A DNA stretch of 64,000 bases from Eubacteriales bacterium (GCA_045614425.1 JAZLCX010000143.1:24509-88508); one strand, 5' to 3'; positions 9,719 through 19,456 are shown, counted from the first letter of the stretch. Notes: generated from the letters alone by a model not told the origin. Made by a program: numbers and translations.

Positions 9719-10675
9719 ATGAAAAAGCTTTTATCACTGATTCTTACCGTCTCCATCCTCTTGCTCGCTCTCGTCTCGTGCGGAGGCAATGACGACAATG
9801 CTCAAATACGTATCGGTTATATGTCCGGCCCCACCGGAATGGGTATGGCAAAACTCATACACGACAACAAGGACAACGCCGAAAAATATTCATTTAAGCA
9901 ATATGAGAATACAAAACTTGCATTTGCCGACCTTACTGCGGGAAAAATTGACGTCATCTGCGCTCCGACCAACGAGTCTGCGAATTATTTCAACACGGTT
10001 GACGATTCAACGGTTATTCTTGCCATCAACACACTCAATACACTGTTTTTGGTTTCGGATGCCGAAACTACCATAAATTCGTTTGCCGAGCTTGATGGCA
10101 AAACTGTTTACACCTGCAAAAACGGAACTCCGAAAGTTGTACTTGAATATCTGCTTGAAGAAGCAGAGGTAAATGCAACGGTATCCACCTCGGTAAACGG
10201 AACAGAAATTACAACACCGCAACAGCTTGCACAGCAAATTATTGCAGGAAACGTTTCTATTGCAGTTGCTCCGGAACCTATTGTAACCTCTGCTACTATG
10301 CAGAATAACAGCTATTCAATTGATCTTAATATGAATACTGTTTGGAAGTCTGTCGCTTCTACTGAATTGACAATGGGTTGCATCATCGCAAACGTAAATT
10401 TTGTAACTCAGCACAAGGGTGCCATTAACGCCTTTCTTCTGGAATACGAAGCATCAATCAACTTCATGAGAAACGCGGCAAATCTCGATACTGCCGCAAA
10501 TTATATAGTTGAAAGCGGAATTATGGCGGCTGCGCCGGCAGCAAAATCTGCCCTTAGAAACCTCGGCGGTTCAATTGCATATATTGATGGCAGCGAAATG
10601 AAAACTTCTCTCAAAGCATTCCTCGCAATAGTCGGAGTCTCCTCGCCTGCAGAGAAATTTTATTATGCGAAATAA
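9719..10675 (+). CDS. ABC transporter substrate-binding lipoprotein (NMT1/SsuA/TauA-like), substrate unknown
   Basis: 318 aa. Signal peptide with lipobox LVSC. The gene starts 5 nt after the crp stop. Confidence 0.85.
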   Translation: MKKLLSLILTVSILLLALVSCGGNDDNAQIRIGYMSGPTGMGMAKLIHDNKDNAEKYSFKQYENTKLAFADLTAGKIDVICAPTNESANYFNTVDDSTVILAINTLNTLFLVSDAETTINSFAELDGKTVYTCKNGTPKVVLEYLLEEAEVNATVSTSVNGTEITTPQQLAQQIIAGNVSIAVAPEPIVTSATMQNNSYSIDLNMNTVWKSVASTELTMGCIIANVNFVTQHKGAINAFLLEYEASINFMRNAANLDTAANYIVESGIMAAAPAAKSALRNLGGSIAYIDGSEMKTSLKAFLAIVGVSSPAEKFYYAK

Positions 10676-11408
10676 GGCGCTCACACTTCTCAAAATTATC
10701 GTTCCTATTTTGTTTTGGCTTTCGGTCTGGCAGGTTGCCGCAATGCTGGTGAACAACTCATATTTTTTCCCAACAGTATTCGCGACCTGCTCGGAGCTTT
10801 TTGAAATTCTCACTTCGCTTGCCACCTACAAAATAGTTGCGCTGACACTCTTGCGTGTAATACTCGGATTAATATTAGGTATCGTTTTCGGTTGTTTACT
10901 CGCTGTTATCTCAAACAGATTTTCCGTCGTAAGAATAACCGTTTCCCCACTTATATCTATAATCAAATCCACCCCCGTGGCGACTTTTATAATAATCCTC
11001 TACGTAATAATGCGCGGCGACGTATTACCTGTTTTCATCGCGTTTTTGATGGTTTTGCCGTTAATTTGGCAAAATCTCATAGACGGATATGACTCGATTG
11101 ACAAAAATCTTTCCGAGGTATGCGATGCCTACGGCTTTACCTATTACAAGCGTTTCAAAATTTTAGTTCTCCCGGCTTTGCTGAAATATCTTATCCCCGC
11201 AGTTGTAACAGCTTCGGGTCTCGCTTGGAAAGCTGAAATTTCGGCTGAAATTATTGTCAACACAGTGAATTCTATAGGTAAAATGATTTATGATGCACAA
11301 TATGCCTTCAATACTTCGCGTGCTTTCGCCTGGACACTCATAATAATTTTCATGAGCATTATTCTTGAAGTTCTGACAAAACGAGCTCTTGGGAGGTGCA
11401 AAAGATGA
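10665..11408 (+). CDS. ABC transporter permease (NitT/TauT-type)
   Basis: 247 aa polytopic membrane protein. Its start overlaps the end of the binding-protein gene. Confidence 0.85.
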   Translation: MRNKALTLLKIIVPILFWLSVWQVAAMLVNNSYFFPTVFATCSELFEILTSLATYKIVALTLLRVILGLILGIVFGCLLAVISNRFSVVRITVSPLISIIKSTPVATFIIILYVIMRGDVLPVFIAFLMVLPLIWQNLIDGYDSIDKNLSEVCDAYGFTYYKRFKILVLPALLKYLIPAVVTASGLAWKAEISAEIIVNTVNSIGKMIYDAQYAFNTSRAFAWTLIIIFMSIILEVLTKRALGRCKR

Positions 11409-11989
11409 GTCTTTTGATAAAAGAGTTATCCAAAAGCTTTGACCAAAAGCAAATATTCGAAAATTTTTCATATGAATTTTCGGAGTACGGGATATATGCT
11501 ATTGTCGGTAATAGCGGAGTCGGAAAAACCACTCTTCTCAGGATGATTGCGGGACTTGACAGTAGGTATACCGGAGAAATTATCGGCGGAGGACTGAAAA
11601 ACACGGCATACGCCTTTCAAGAGCATCGACTCTTTCCCAATCTTACCGCGCTTGAAAATGCCGTAATTCCAAACGGAGATGCCGATAATGCCCTGCTTGT
11701 AGATGAAGCGAAAAAGCTTTTTTCCGTTCTCGGATTTTCTGACACCGAGCTTCAGCTTTACCCTGACGAGCTTTCCGGCGGTATGCGTCAGCGTGTGTCG
11801 ATCATAAGAGCCCTCTTAAAAAATGCTCCCATTTTGCTTTTGGACGAGCCAACAAAGGAGCTTGATTCCGATATACGCGAAGAGCTTTACGGTATCATCA
11901 TCAATGAATCAAAAAAGCGCTTGGTAATTATGGTTTCGCATAACACACTCGATTTCGAACGAATTAATGCAAAAAGAATTTATATTTAA
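11405..11989 (+). CDS. ABC transporter ATP-binding protein (compact, no C-terminal regulatory domain)
   Basis: Walker A GNSGVGKTT, signature LSGGMRQRV, Walker B LLLDEPT, H-loop VSHN. ATGA overlap with the permease stop, SD GGGAGG. Confidence 0.9.
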   Translation: MSLLIKELSKSFDQKQIFENFSYEFSEYGIYAIVGNSGVGKTTLLRMIAGLDSRYTGEIIGGGLKNTAYAFQEHRLFPNLTALENAVIPNGDADNALLVDEAKKLFSVLGFSDTELQLYPDELSGGMRQRVSIIRALLKNAPILLLDEPTKELDSDIREELYGIIINESKKRLVIMVSHNTLDFERINAKRIYI

Positions 11990-11993
11990 CTCT

Positions 11994-12030
11994 GGCGGAG
12001 CGCTCATGTGCTCCGCCTTCTTATTATTTT
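11994..12030 (+). terminator. Intrinsic terminator after the ABC operon
   Basis: GGCGGAGC / GCTCCGCC stem (11994-12001 / 12010-12017) followed by a T-rich run. Confidence 0.7.
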
Positions 12031-12066
12031 GCATAGCATAATTAGCATAAATTTATAACTATATAC

Positions 12067-12095
12067 TTGACATATTGATAATTTGGTGGTATATT
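12067..12095 (+). promoter_or_regulatory. Sigma-A-type promoter of the decarboxylase operon
   Basis: TTGACA (12067-12072), 17 nt, TATATT (12090-12095), with TG at the extended -10 position. Confidence 0.6.
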
Positions 12096-12201
12096 GTATT
12101 TGGTGAAATTTGTGCTACGAATCAGAAATGCGCCATTTCACCTAAAAGCGTTATTATTATGGAAGGAGAGATTTACCGAAAAGGTAAATCGAGAATTCGG
12201 T

Positions 12202-13638
12202 TTGAATAAATACAGAAACACTGAAATCTGTGGACTTCCTACTGTCGAAGAACTTCGCGAAACCCTTCTTGCAGGAGCATCCTGCCCTGCAAGAGAGCGA
12301 CTTGCACTTCTGTTTGATGACAAAACCTTTGTCGAAACAGGCGCTTATGCTAAGCGAAGCTTTTCCGATTTTTTGTCCACGGAAGCTGCGAATGAATTTG
12401 AAGGAGTAATCTGCGGCTACGGCTCAATCAGCGGCAAGCTCGTCTTTGCCTTCTCAGAGGACACTTCGAGACTTGGTGGTGTCATTGATGAACGCCACGC
12501 AAAGAAGATCACCGATCTTTATAAGCTTGCATCCGAAAACGGAGCACCTATAATCGGAATTTTCGACTCAAACGGTACAGATATTTTTGAAGGTACAGCA
12601 GCACTTTCAGCTTACGGCAAAATAATGGCTTCGGTAGCCAAGGCTTCCGGAACTGTTCCGCAGATAGCATTTGTTGCTGGCAAATGTATCGGTTCTGCCG
12701 CTGCAATAGCTTCTATGTTTGATTTTGTTATCAAAAGTGAGGATGCACAGTTCTACGTTTCATCCCCCAACGTTACGGGTATCGGCAATGCACAGGACTC
12801 CGTCCTTGCCTACTCCGGCACGGATGCCGAGTGCGCTTATTACATAAGAACACTTGTATCATACCTTCCCGACAACTCTTCTCTTGGAGTTATGGTCAGC
12901 GAATGCACAGACAATCTTAACAAGAGACTCGGAGAACTTGATTTTGACGGAGAAGCTCTTGCTGCTATATCTGCGATAGCCGATAACAGCGTATATTATG
13001 ACGTGGCAGCTGATTTCGAGCCCGCAGCTTCCACTGTCTTTACAACCATCGGCGGTGTTAAATGCGGTGTCGTTGCAACTTCATTTTCAAAGAATGAAGG
13101 AAAAATAACCGCTATGATGGCAAGAAAAATAACGAAGTTCGTTAATTTCTGTAACGCCTTCTCGCTCCCGGTAGTCACTCTCGTTGACTCTTTGGGACTT
13201 GATGCTTCAAAGGAAAACGAAACCTCATATTATGCACCCGAGCTTGCAAGACTGGCTTTTGCATACTCAACATCATCAATTCCAAAGGTTACGGTAATTC
13301 TTGGTCACGCCATCGGCGCATCATTCGTACTTCTCGGTTCAAAATCACTAGGTGCGGATCTCGTGTATGCAACCGACACATCTGAAATCGGAGCGCTTAA
13401 TGCGGAGAGCGGTGTTGCTTTTGCTTGGGATAAGTACATAACACTCGAAAAAACGCGTGAGGACCTTGTAAAAGAGTGGAAGGCTTCGGTTTCTTCCCCT
13501 GCAGTAGCTGCTGCAAGCGGTGAAATTGATGATATAATCGGCATCAGTGAATTGAGAGCAAGAATATGCTCTGCTCTTCTTATGCTCTCGGCTAAGGGGT
13601 CCGTCTCCGCTTCAAAGCGAAAGATTCTTCCTCTTTAA
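12202..13638 (+). CDS. Acyl-CoA carboxyltransferase subunit (MmdA/PccB/12S fold), divergent
   Basis: Two carboxyl-transferase half-domains (ARERLALLFDD..., GGVKCGVVATSF...). The ORF-track start at 12094 lies inside the -10 box. TTG 12202 (MNKYRNTEICGLPTVEEL) is my best guess, but the start is uncertain. Confidence 0.85.
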   Translation: MNKYRNTEICGLPTVEELRETLLAGASCPARERLALLFDDKTFVETGAYAKRSFSDFLSTEAANEFEGVICGYGSISGKLVFAFSEDTSRLGGVIDERHAKKITDLYKLASENGAPIIGIFDSNGTDIFEGTAALSAYGKIMASVAKASGTVPQIAFVAGKCIGSAAAIASMFDFVIKSEDAQFYVSSPNVTGIGNAQDSVLAYSGTDAECAYYIRTLVSYLPDNSSLGVMVSECTDNLNKRLGELDFDGEALAAISAIADNSVYYDVAADFEPAASTVFTTIGGVKCGVVATSFSKNEGKITAMMARKITKFVNFCNAFSLPVVTLVDSLGLDASKENETSYYAPELARLAFAYSTSSIPKVTVILGHAIGASFVLLGSKSLGADLVYATDTSEIGALNAESGVAFAWDKYITLEKTREDLVKEWKASVSSPAVAAASGEIDDIIGISELRARICSALLMLSAKGSVSASKRKILPL

Positions 13639-13656
13639 TACGTGGGGGTGAATTTT

Positions 13657-13983
13657 ATGCTGAATATAGATTACTCACAGCCGCTCGGATTTTACGATGC
13701 AATCGGCTTTGGAGGTAAAATGCTGCTGCTCGGTATGGGCGCGGTTTTTGCGGTTCTGCTTTTAATTTGGTTTTTGCTTGTAATATTCAAACTTGTTTTT
13801 TCAAATGTAAAAGACAAAAAGAATGCAAAAGAGGAAAATATAGCTCCTGTTACTGCACCCCAAAGTCAAAGTATGAGCGCCGACGAAGAAATCATTGCGG
13901 TAATTGCGGCAGCAATCGCAATGGCTGAATCCGAAAGCTCCGAAGACGTAAAATTCAAAGTAGTTTCATTTAAGAGAAAATAA
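13657..13983 (+). CDS. OadG-family gamma subunit (membrane anchor of Na+-pumping decarboxylases)
   Basis: One TM helix, then EEIIAVIAAAIAMAES, which is typical of OadG. ATG 13657 lies 6 nt after SD GGGGGTG; the track starts 15 nt earlier at a GTG. Confidence 0.8.
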   Translation: MLNIDYSQPLGFYDAIGFGGKMLLLGMGAVFAVLLLIWFLLVIFKLVFSNVKDKKNAKEENIAPVTAPQSQSMSADEEIIAVIAAAIAMAESESSEDVKFKVVSFKRK

Positions 13984-14012
13984 CCGACAAACGATTTGAA
14001 AGGAATAATGCA

Positions 14013-14396
14013 ATGAAAAAGTATAATATAACCGTTAACGGTACAACATATGAAGTTATCGTAGAAGAAGCAGGTACGGTATCGGAAGTTTCCGCTCCCG
14101 CATTTGCGCCCACTGTATCTGCAGCTCCCACAGCTCCCGCAGCTCCTAAGGCAGCTCCCAAAGCAGCAGCTGCCAGCGCCGGCTCTAACAAGGTCGTAGC
14201 ACCTATGCCCGGCACAATTCTCGACGTAAAGGTATCTGTTGGACAAAATGTTAAAAAAGGCGACGTTATATGCGTGCTTGAAGCTATGAAAATGGAAAAT
14301 GACATTCCCGCTCCCTGTGACGGTGTTATAGCTTCGGTAAGCGTTCAAAAGGGGTCGTCAATCAACGCAAACGACATCATTGCTACAATTAACTAA
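14013..14396 (+). CDS. Stand-alone biotin carboxyl carrier protein (1.3S/MmdC type)
   Basis: 127 aa. N-terminal MKKYNITVNGTTYEV, an Ala/Pro-rich linker, and the biotinyl-lysine motif EAMKMEN. Confidence 0.9.
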   Translation: MKKYNITVNGTTYEVIVEEAGTVSEVSAPAFAPTVSAAPTAPAAPKAAPKAAAASAGSNKVVAPMPGTILDVKVSVGQNVKKGDVICVLEAMKMENDIPAPCDGVIASVSVQKGSSINANDIIATIN

Positions 14397-14422
14397 GATA
14401 TTTTGCAGCAGAGGTATTATAA

Positions 14423-15838
14423 ATGTTAGATGCTGTTAAAAACTTTCTAAAATCCACAGGAGTTAGTCAGCTGTTTTCTCAAAGCAATTGGTGGCAATAC
14501 CTTGTAATGTATGTAATTATAGGCGCGCTCTTTTACCTTGCAATTGTGAAAAAGTTTGAACCGCTCCTTCTCATGCCAATAGCATTTGGTATGCTCCTTG
14601 CAAACCTACCCGGAGCCAACCTTATGCATCTTGATTTTTTCTTTGACGAGCATTATCTCGCCGTAGAGAACGGTCAGGTCATAGGTAGCCTTGCTCCGGA
14701 ATTCAATCAGTTTCTCGCTTGGCTTCCCGACACTCTTCATTCGGTTACGTCGGACGGTTTTCTGGAACTTAATTTCACCGAAGAGGCTTTGAATGCCGCA
14801 GGGGTTACACTCGAGGAAATTTCCGCGAACTTTGATCTTTTCATTGGTAACGCGGCTTCGCTTGACGGTGGCGTAATTCACATCAACATGTCCACTATGA
14901 TTAAAGAAGTAATCAATCACGGCGGTCTCGTTGACTTCCTTTACTTAGGCGTAAAGCTTGGCATTTATCCCTCCTTGATATTCCTCGGCGTCGGTGCTAT
15001 GACCGATTTCTCGCCTCTCATTGCAAATCCGAAATCATTGTTTATGGGTGCCGGTGCACAGCTTGGTGTTTTTGTTGCATTCTTCGGAGCTTTGCTTCTC
15101 GGATTTTCTCCTATGGAAGCCGGTTCTATCGGTATCATAGGCGGAGCGGACGGTCCTACGGCTATCTTGGTAACAAAAACACTTGCTCCTCATCTTCTCG
15201 GCGCTATCGCGATTGCCGCATATTCTTATATGGCTCTTATTCCCATAATACAGCCTCCCTTTATGCGTCTTCTTACAACGAAGAAGGAACGCGCAATAAA
15301 GATGACGAACTTGAGACCCGTTTCCAAGATTGAAAAGGTTATCTTCCCTATTGTCGTAACACTTGCGGTAACACTGCTCATTCCCGATGCCGCGCCGCTT
15401 GTCGGCTTCTTAATGCTCGGAAATCTGTTTAACGTTGCGGGCGTTACCGACCGACTTTCCAAAACCGCGCAAAACGAACTTATAAATATCGTTACTATTT
15501 GTCTCGGTGTTTCTGTCGGTGCCACCGCAAACGCAGAAAATTTCTTGAGACCTGAAACCATTTATATAATCGTTCTTGGTCTGTGCGCATTTATCGTTTC
15601 CACCTGCGGCGGTCTTCTGACAGGTAAAATCATGTGCGTCCTCACCCGAGGAAAAATCAATCCGCTTATAGGCTCTGCCGGTGTTTCTGCCGTTCCTATG
15701 GCAGCCAGAGTCGCACAGGATGAGGGCCGCAAGGCTGACCCCTCCAACTTCCTGCTCATGCACGCAATGGGACCGAACGTAGCCGGTGTTATCGGCTCGG
15801 CAGTCGCAGCAGGCGTATTCCTCAGCTACTTCTTGTAA
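14423..15838 (+). CDS. Na+-translocating decarboxylase beta subunit (OadB/MmdB/GcdB family)
   Basis: 471 aa polytopic protein with family blocks KKFEPLLLMPIAFG, GVGAMTDFSPLIANP, IIGGADGPTAI, GSAGVSAVPMAARV and LLMHAMGPNVAGVIGSAVAAG. Confidence 0.92.
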   Translation: MLDAVKNFLKSTGVSQLFSQSNWWQYLVMYVIIGALFYLAIVKKFEPLLLMPIAFGMLLANLPGANLMHLDFFFDEHYLAVENGQVIGSLAPEFNQFLAWLPDTLHSVTSDGFLELNFTEEALNAAGVTLEEISANFDLFIGNAASLDGGVIHINMSTMIKEVINHGGLVDFLYLGVKLGIYPSLIFLGVGAMTDFSPLIANPKSLFMGAGAQLGVFVAFFGALLLGFSPMEAGSIGIIGGADGPTAILVTKTLAPHLLGAIAIAAYSYMALIPIIQPPFMRLLTTKKERAIKMTNLRPVSKIEKVIFPIVVTLAVTLLIPDAAPLVGFLMLGNLFNVAGVTDRLSKTAQNELINIVTICLGVSVGATANAENFLRPETIYIIVLGLCAFIVSTCGGLLTGKIMCVLTRGKINPLIGSAGVSAVPMAARVAQDEGRKADPSNFLLMHAMGPNVAGVIGSAVAAGVFLSYFL

Positions 15839-15859
15839 TCCAACTGAAAGGATAGAAAA

Positions 15860-17260
15860 ATGTCAAAAATTTTAATTACCGAAACAGCTCTTCGTGATGC
15901 GCACCAGTCTCTCGCGGCAACCCGTATGACAACCGAGGAGATGCTGCCGATTCTCGAGGATATGGATAAAGTAGGCTACTACTCCCTTGAGGCATGGGGC
16001 GGCGCTACGTTCGATACCTGTCTCAGATTCCTTAACGAAGACCCATGGACACGTCTTCGCACTATACGTGACCACGTAAAGAAGACCAAGCTCCAGATGC
16101 TTTTCCGCGGTCAGAACATTCTCGGATACCGTCACTACGCTGACGACGTCGTGGAATACTTCGTACAAAAGTCTATTGCAAACGGTATAGATATAATCCG
16201 TATTTTCGACGCTCTCAACGATGCAAGAAATCTTGAAACAGCAATCAAGGCAACAATTAAAGAGGGCGGTCACGTTCAAGCGGCAATTTCGTATACCACA
16301 TCTCCCTTCCACACGAACGACAACTTTGCGGATTATGCAAAGCAGCTTGAGGAAATGGGTGCAAACTCGATATGCATAAAGGATATGTCCGGTCTCCTTA
16401 AGCCGTTTGACGCATATCAGCTTGTAAAGACTCTGAAAAACACAGTAAAAATTCCCGTACACCTTCATACTCACTACACCGCCGGTCTCGGTTCTATGAC
16501 TTTGCTCAAAGCAATTGAGGCAAACGTCGACGGTGTTGACACGTCAATATCTCCTCTTGCAATGGGAACGTCTCACACCCCGACCGAGTCCCTCGTTGCA
16601 ACCCTCAGCAACACTCCTTACGATACAGAGCTTGCTCTTGATAAGCTCGACGTAGTTGCAAAGCACTTCAACAAGATAAGAGAAAAATATCTTGCATCCG
16701 GTCTCATTGACCCCAAGGTGCTTAAGGTTGACGTAAATACGCTTCGTTATCAGGTTCCCGGCGGAATGCTTTCGAATCTTATATCTCAGCTCAAAATGGC
16801 AGGAAAGTCTGATAAGCTTGACGAGGTTCTTGAAGAGGTTGCAAGAGTCCGTGAGGATGCCGGTTACCCGCCCCTCGTTACCCCCACATCGCAGATTGTC
16901 GGTACACAGGCTGTAAACAACGTAATATTCAAGAGCGAAGGCAGATACGCAAGAGTTACCAAGGAATTTAAAGCCCTGATACGCGGCGAGTACGGAAGAT
17001 GCCCTGCGCCCGTTTCCGAAGATTTCAGAAAGCAGATTATCGGCAATGATACCGTCATTGATTACCGTCCTGCTGACAAAATCGCCCCTGAAATCGATTC
17101 GCTCCGTCAAAGAGTTGCTCCTTATCAGGAGCAGGACGAGGACCTTCTCTCTCTTGCTCTTTTTGAACAGGTTGCAGTTAGATTCTTCGAATTCAGAAAG
17201 CAGATCAAATATAATCTCGACTTGAATTCCGACGTTAAAAACGGTATACACACAATTTAA
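15860..17260 (+). CDS. Oxaloacetate/pyruvate carboxyltransferase (OadA N-terminal / 5S / PycB type) lacking a biotinyl domain
   Basis: 466 aa with TETALRDAHQSL, IRIFDALND and VHLHTHYTAG (TIM-barrel carboxyltransferase). There is no AMKM motif. Confidence 0.9.
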   Translation: MSKILITETALRDAHQSLAATRMTTEEMLPILEDMDKVGYYSLEAWGGATFDTCLRFLNEDPWTRLRTIRDHVKKTKLQMLFRGQNILGYRHYADDVVEYFVQKSIANGIDIIRIFDALNDARNLETAIKATIKEGGHVQAAISYTTSPFHTNDNFADYAKQLEEMGANSICIKDMSGLLKPFDAYQLVKTLKNTVKIPVHLHTHYTAGLGSMTLLKAIEANVDGVDTSISPLAMGTSHTPTESLVATLSNTPYDTELALDKLDVVAKHFNKIREKYLASGLIDPKVLKVDVNTLRYQVPGGMLSNLISQLKMAGKSDKLDEVLEEVARVREDAGYPPLVTPTSQIVGTQAVNNVIFKSEGRYARVTKEFKALIRGEYGRCPAPVSEDFRKQIIGNDTVIDYRPADKIAPEIDSLRQRVAPYQEQDEDLLSLALFEQVAVRFFEFRKQIKYNLDLNSDVKNGIHTI

Positions 17261-17267
17261 ATTAACA

Positions 17268-17304
17268 GAAAAATCCCCCTACTTTCGGTAGGGGGATCTT
17301 TTTA
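17268..17304. terminator. Bidirectional intrinsic terminator between the decarboxylase operon and ftsH
   Basis: ATCCCCCTAC / GTAGGGGGAT stem (17273-17282 / 17288-17297), flanked by an A-run and a T-run. Confidence 0.8.
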
Positions 17305-17305
17305 T

Positions 17306-19456
17306 TTATTTTTCCTCATCAGATTTTTTCGTATTTTCGCCATCTTCGTTTGCGTCCGACGAATTATCGCTTTCTTCTTCCGGTACGTTAAAGACCGTTG
17401 AGAAGAACTCATCCACCGGGAATCCTCCCGATTTTTCCATCTCCTCGCGGTGACGCTTAAGCTCTTCTTCAGCCTTGCGCCTGGCTTCCTCTTCCGCCTT
17501 TTCATTATTAGCGTGAGCGGTTTTGTTTTCCTCTTCGCTCTTTTGCTTTTTAGCAGCGGCAATCGCCTCAATATACTCTATTGTAGGCTCTTCGGCTTCC
17601 ATAGCAGCCTTGAACTGTTCCTCGTCCATAGACTCATTTTTAAGAAGGAATTCTGCGATGAAATGAAGCTTATTGATATTTTCGTTCAGAATTTTTTCGC
17701 AAACATTATAGCACGATGCAATAATATCACGTATCTCTTCGTCTATTTCCGATGCAGTTTTTTCCGAATAATTTTTGCCAGACGAGAAGTCTCTGCCAAG
17801 AAATACCTCATCCTGCGAATGCTCTGAGCCGTAAAGAACTGTACCGAGCTTTGAGCTCATACCGTAGCGCGTAACCATGTTACGAGCTATCGCAGTAGCC
17901 TGCTGAATATCGTTGGATGCTCCCGTTGAAATATCGTCAAGAACGATCTGCTCCGCAACTCTTCCTCCGAGTGCCAAAACTATTCTGTCGAGCATTTCAT
18001 TACGAGAGATTACCATTCTGTCCTCCGTGGGAACGCTTATGGTAACTCCGCCGGCAGAGCCTGCGGGAATTATCGTAATATGCTTTACAGGGTCGGTATT
18101 CTTACAGTAGTACGAAGCGACTGCGTGACCTGCCTCATGATAAGCACAAAGCTTATTATCCTTTGCAGTTCGCATGTTTTTCTTCTTTTGCGGACCGAGA
18201 AGAAGCTTCATATAAGACTCCTCAATATCGACCATACCGATAAGAGCCTTATTTTTCTTTGCGGCGCGAAGAGCTGCCTCGTTCATAAGGTTTGCAAGCT
18301 CCGCACCGGTAAAACCAATAGTTGTTTCTGCAATCTTTTTAAGATTTACCGATTCTTCAAGCGGCTTATTACGGCAATGAACCTTCAATATTTCTTCTCT
18401 GCCCTTCATATCAGGGTAATTTACCGTAACACGTCTGTCGAATCTACCGGGACGTAAAAGTGCCGGGTCAAGTATGTCGGGGCGGTTTGTGGCGGCCATT
18501 ACTATAACGCCGGAATTTGTACCGAAGCCGTCCATTTCCACAAGAAGCTGGTTGAGAGTCTGTTCTCTCTCATCGTGACCGCCGCCAAGACCTGCGCCTC
18601 TGTGTCGGCCTACTGCATCAATCTCATCTATAAATATGATACTTGCAGGTGTCTTTCTCGCATTTTCGAACAAATCACGAACTCTGGAAGCACCTACACC
18701 AACGTACATTTCCACGAAATCCGAACCGGAAATCGAGAAGAAAGGAACTCCTGCTTCTCCGGCAACAGCCTTAGCAAGAAGCGTCTTACCCGTACCGGGA
18801 GGGCCTACGAGCAGTACTCCGCGCGGAATACGGGCGCCGAGCTTTACAAACTTAGTAGGATCCTTTAAGAATTCAACAACTTCTTCAAGCTCCGCCTTTT
18901 CCTCATCAGCGCCTGCAACATCGGCAAACTTCACGGCATCCTTTTCGTTATGTGAAAGCTTAGCCTTGGATTTTGAGAAGGAATTCATCTTTCCACCGCC
19001 GCCCGGAACTTGGCGCATTATGAAAATCCAAAGTCCGATAAAGAGAACGGCAAGAATTATATACGGAAGATATGCAACATACCACGGGGTTTCCGCTGCG
19101 CGCTCTATGTCATAATCCTCGAGGGTGACACCCGATCCGACAAGCGACATTATATGCTCCATCTGAAAAGCATAGCTCAGCTTGTATTCAAATATCTCGT
19201 GAACATAGACAAGCTCGCCGTCAACCTCTTGCATTTCATATCCGCCGCCGGCTTTTTCTTTACGCGTATGCAATTCGAGATTGAGATCTCCGTCTATTTT
19301 GAAATAGATGACGTCATCATTTTCAAATTTTTCAACTACCTCGCCATACGTGAGCTCTTTTGTGCCGTTCAAGCTGCTTGTGAAAGCAGTTACAGCAATT
19401 ATCACAGCAACGACAAGGAAAACGAGCATAAATATGCTCTTGAAATTAACCTTCAT
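17306..19456 (-). CDS. ftsH: ATP-dependent zinc metalloprotease FtsH
   Basis: 716 aa. N-terminal TM, Walker A GPPGTGKT, zinc motif HEAGHA, and a long Glu/Lys-rich C-terminal tail. Confidence 0.97.
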   Translation of the reverse strand: MKVNFKSIFMLVFLVVAVIIAVTAFTSSLNGTKELTYGEVVEKFENDDVIYFKIDGDLNLELHTRKEKAGGGYEMQEVDGELVYVHEIFEYKLSYAFQMEHIMSLVGSGVTLEDYDIERAAETPWYVAYLPYIILAVLFIGLWIFIMRQVPGGGGKMNSFSKSKAKLSHNEKDAVKFADVAGADEEKAELEEVVEFLKDPTKFVKLGARIPRGVLLVGPPGTGKTLLAKAVAGEAGVPFFSISGSDFVEMYVGVGASRVRDLFENARKTPASIIFIDEIDAVGRHRGAGLGGGHDEREQTLNQLLVEMDGFGTNSGVIVMAATNRPDILDPALLRPGRFDRRVTVNYPDMKGREEILKVHCRNKPLEESVNLKKIAETTIGFTGAELANLMNEAALRAAKKNKALIGMVDIEESYMKLLLGPQKKKNMRTAKDNKLCAYHEAGHAVASYYCKNTDPVKHITIIPAGSAGGVTISVPTEDRMVISRNEMLDRIVLALGGRVAEQIVLDDISTGASNDIQQATAIARNMVTRYGMSSKLGTVLYGSEHSQDEVFLGRDFSSGKNYSEKTASEIDEEIRDIIASCYNVCEKILNENINKLHFIAEFLLKNESMDEEQFKAAMEAEEPTIEYIEAIAAAKKQKSEEENKTAHANNEKAEEEARRKAEEELKRHREEMEKSGGFPVDEFFSTVFNVPEEESDNSSDANEDGENTKKSDEEK

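Noticed and set aside
12094-12201. N-terminal extension of the carboxyltransferase ORF (MYLVKFVLRIRNAPFHLK...).
   Set aside because: The start lies inside the -10 hexamer of the only plausible promoter, and the peptide looks non-proteinaceous. The true start must be downstream.
14618-14918. A loop of about 90-100 extra residues after the second TM helix of the beta subunit, which is 471 aa against the roughly 375 aa of short family members.
   Set aside because: From memory, long-form OadB proteins (for example the enterobacterial ones) carry an insertion at the same place. This is probably family variation and cannot be evaluated without alignments.
17302-17571. 89-aa Lys/Arg-rich ORF overlapping the ftsH 3' end, and the unusually long charged FtsH tail.
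   Set aside because: The ORF is an out-of-frame shadow of the GAA/AAG-rich tail-coding region. Charged C-terminal extensions of FtsH are variable and not informative by themselves.
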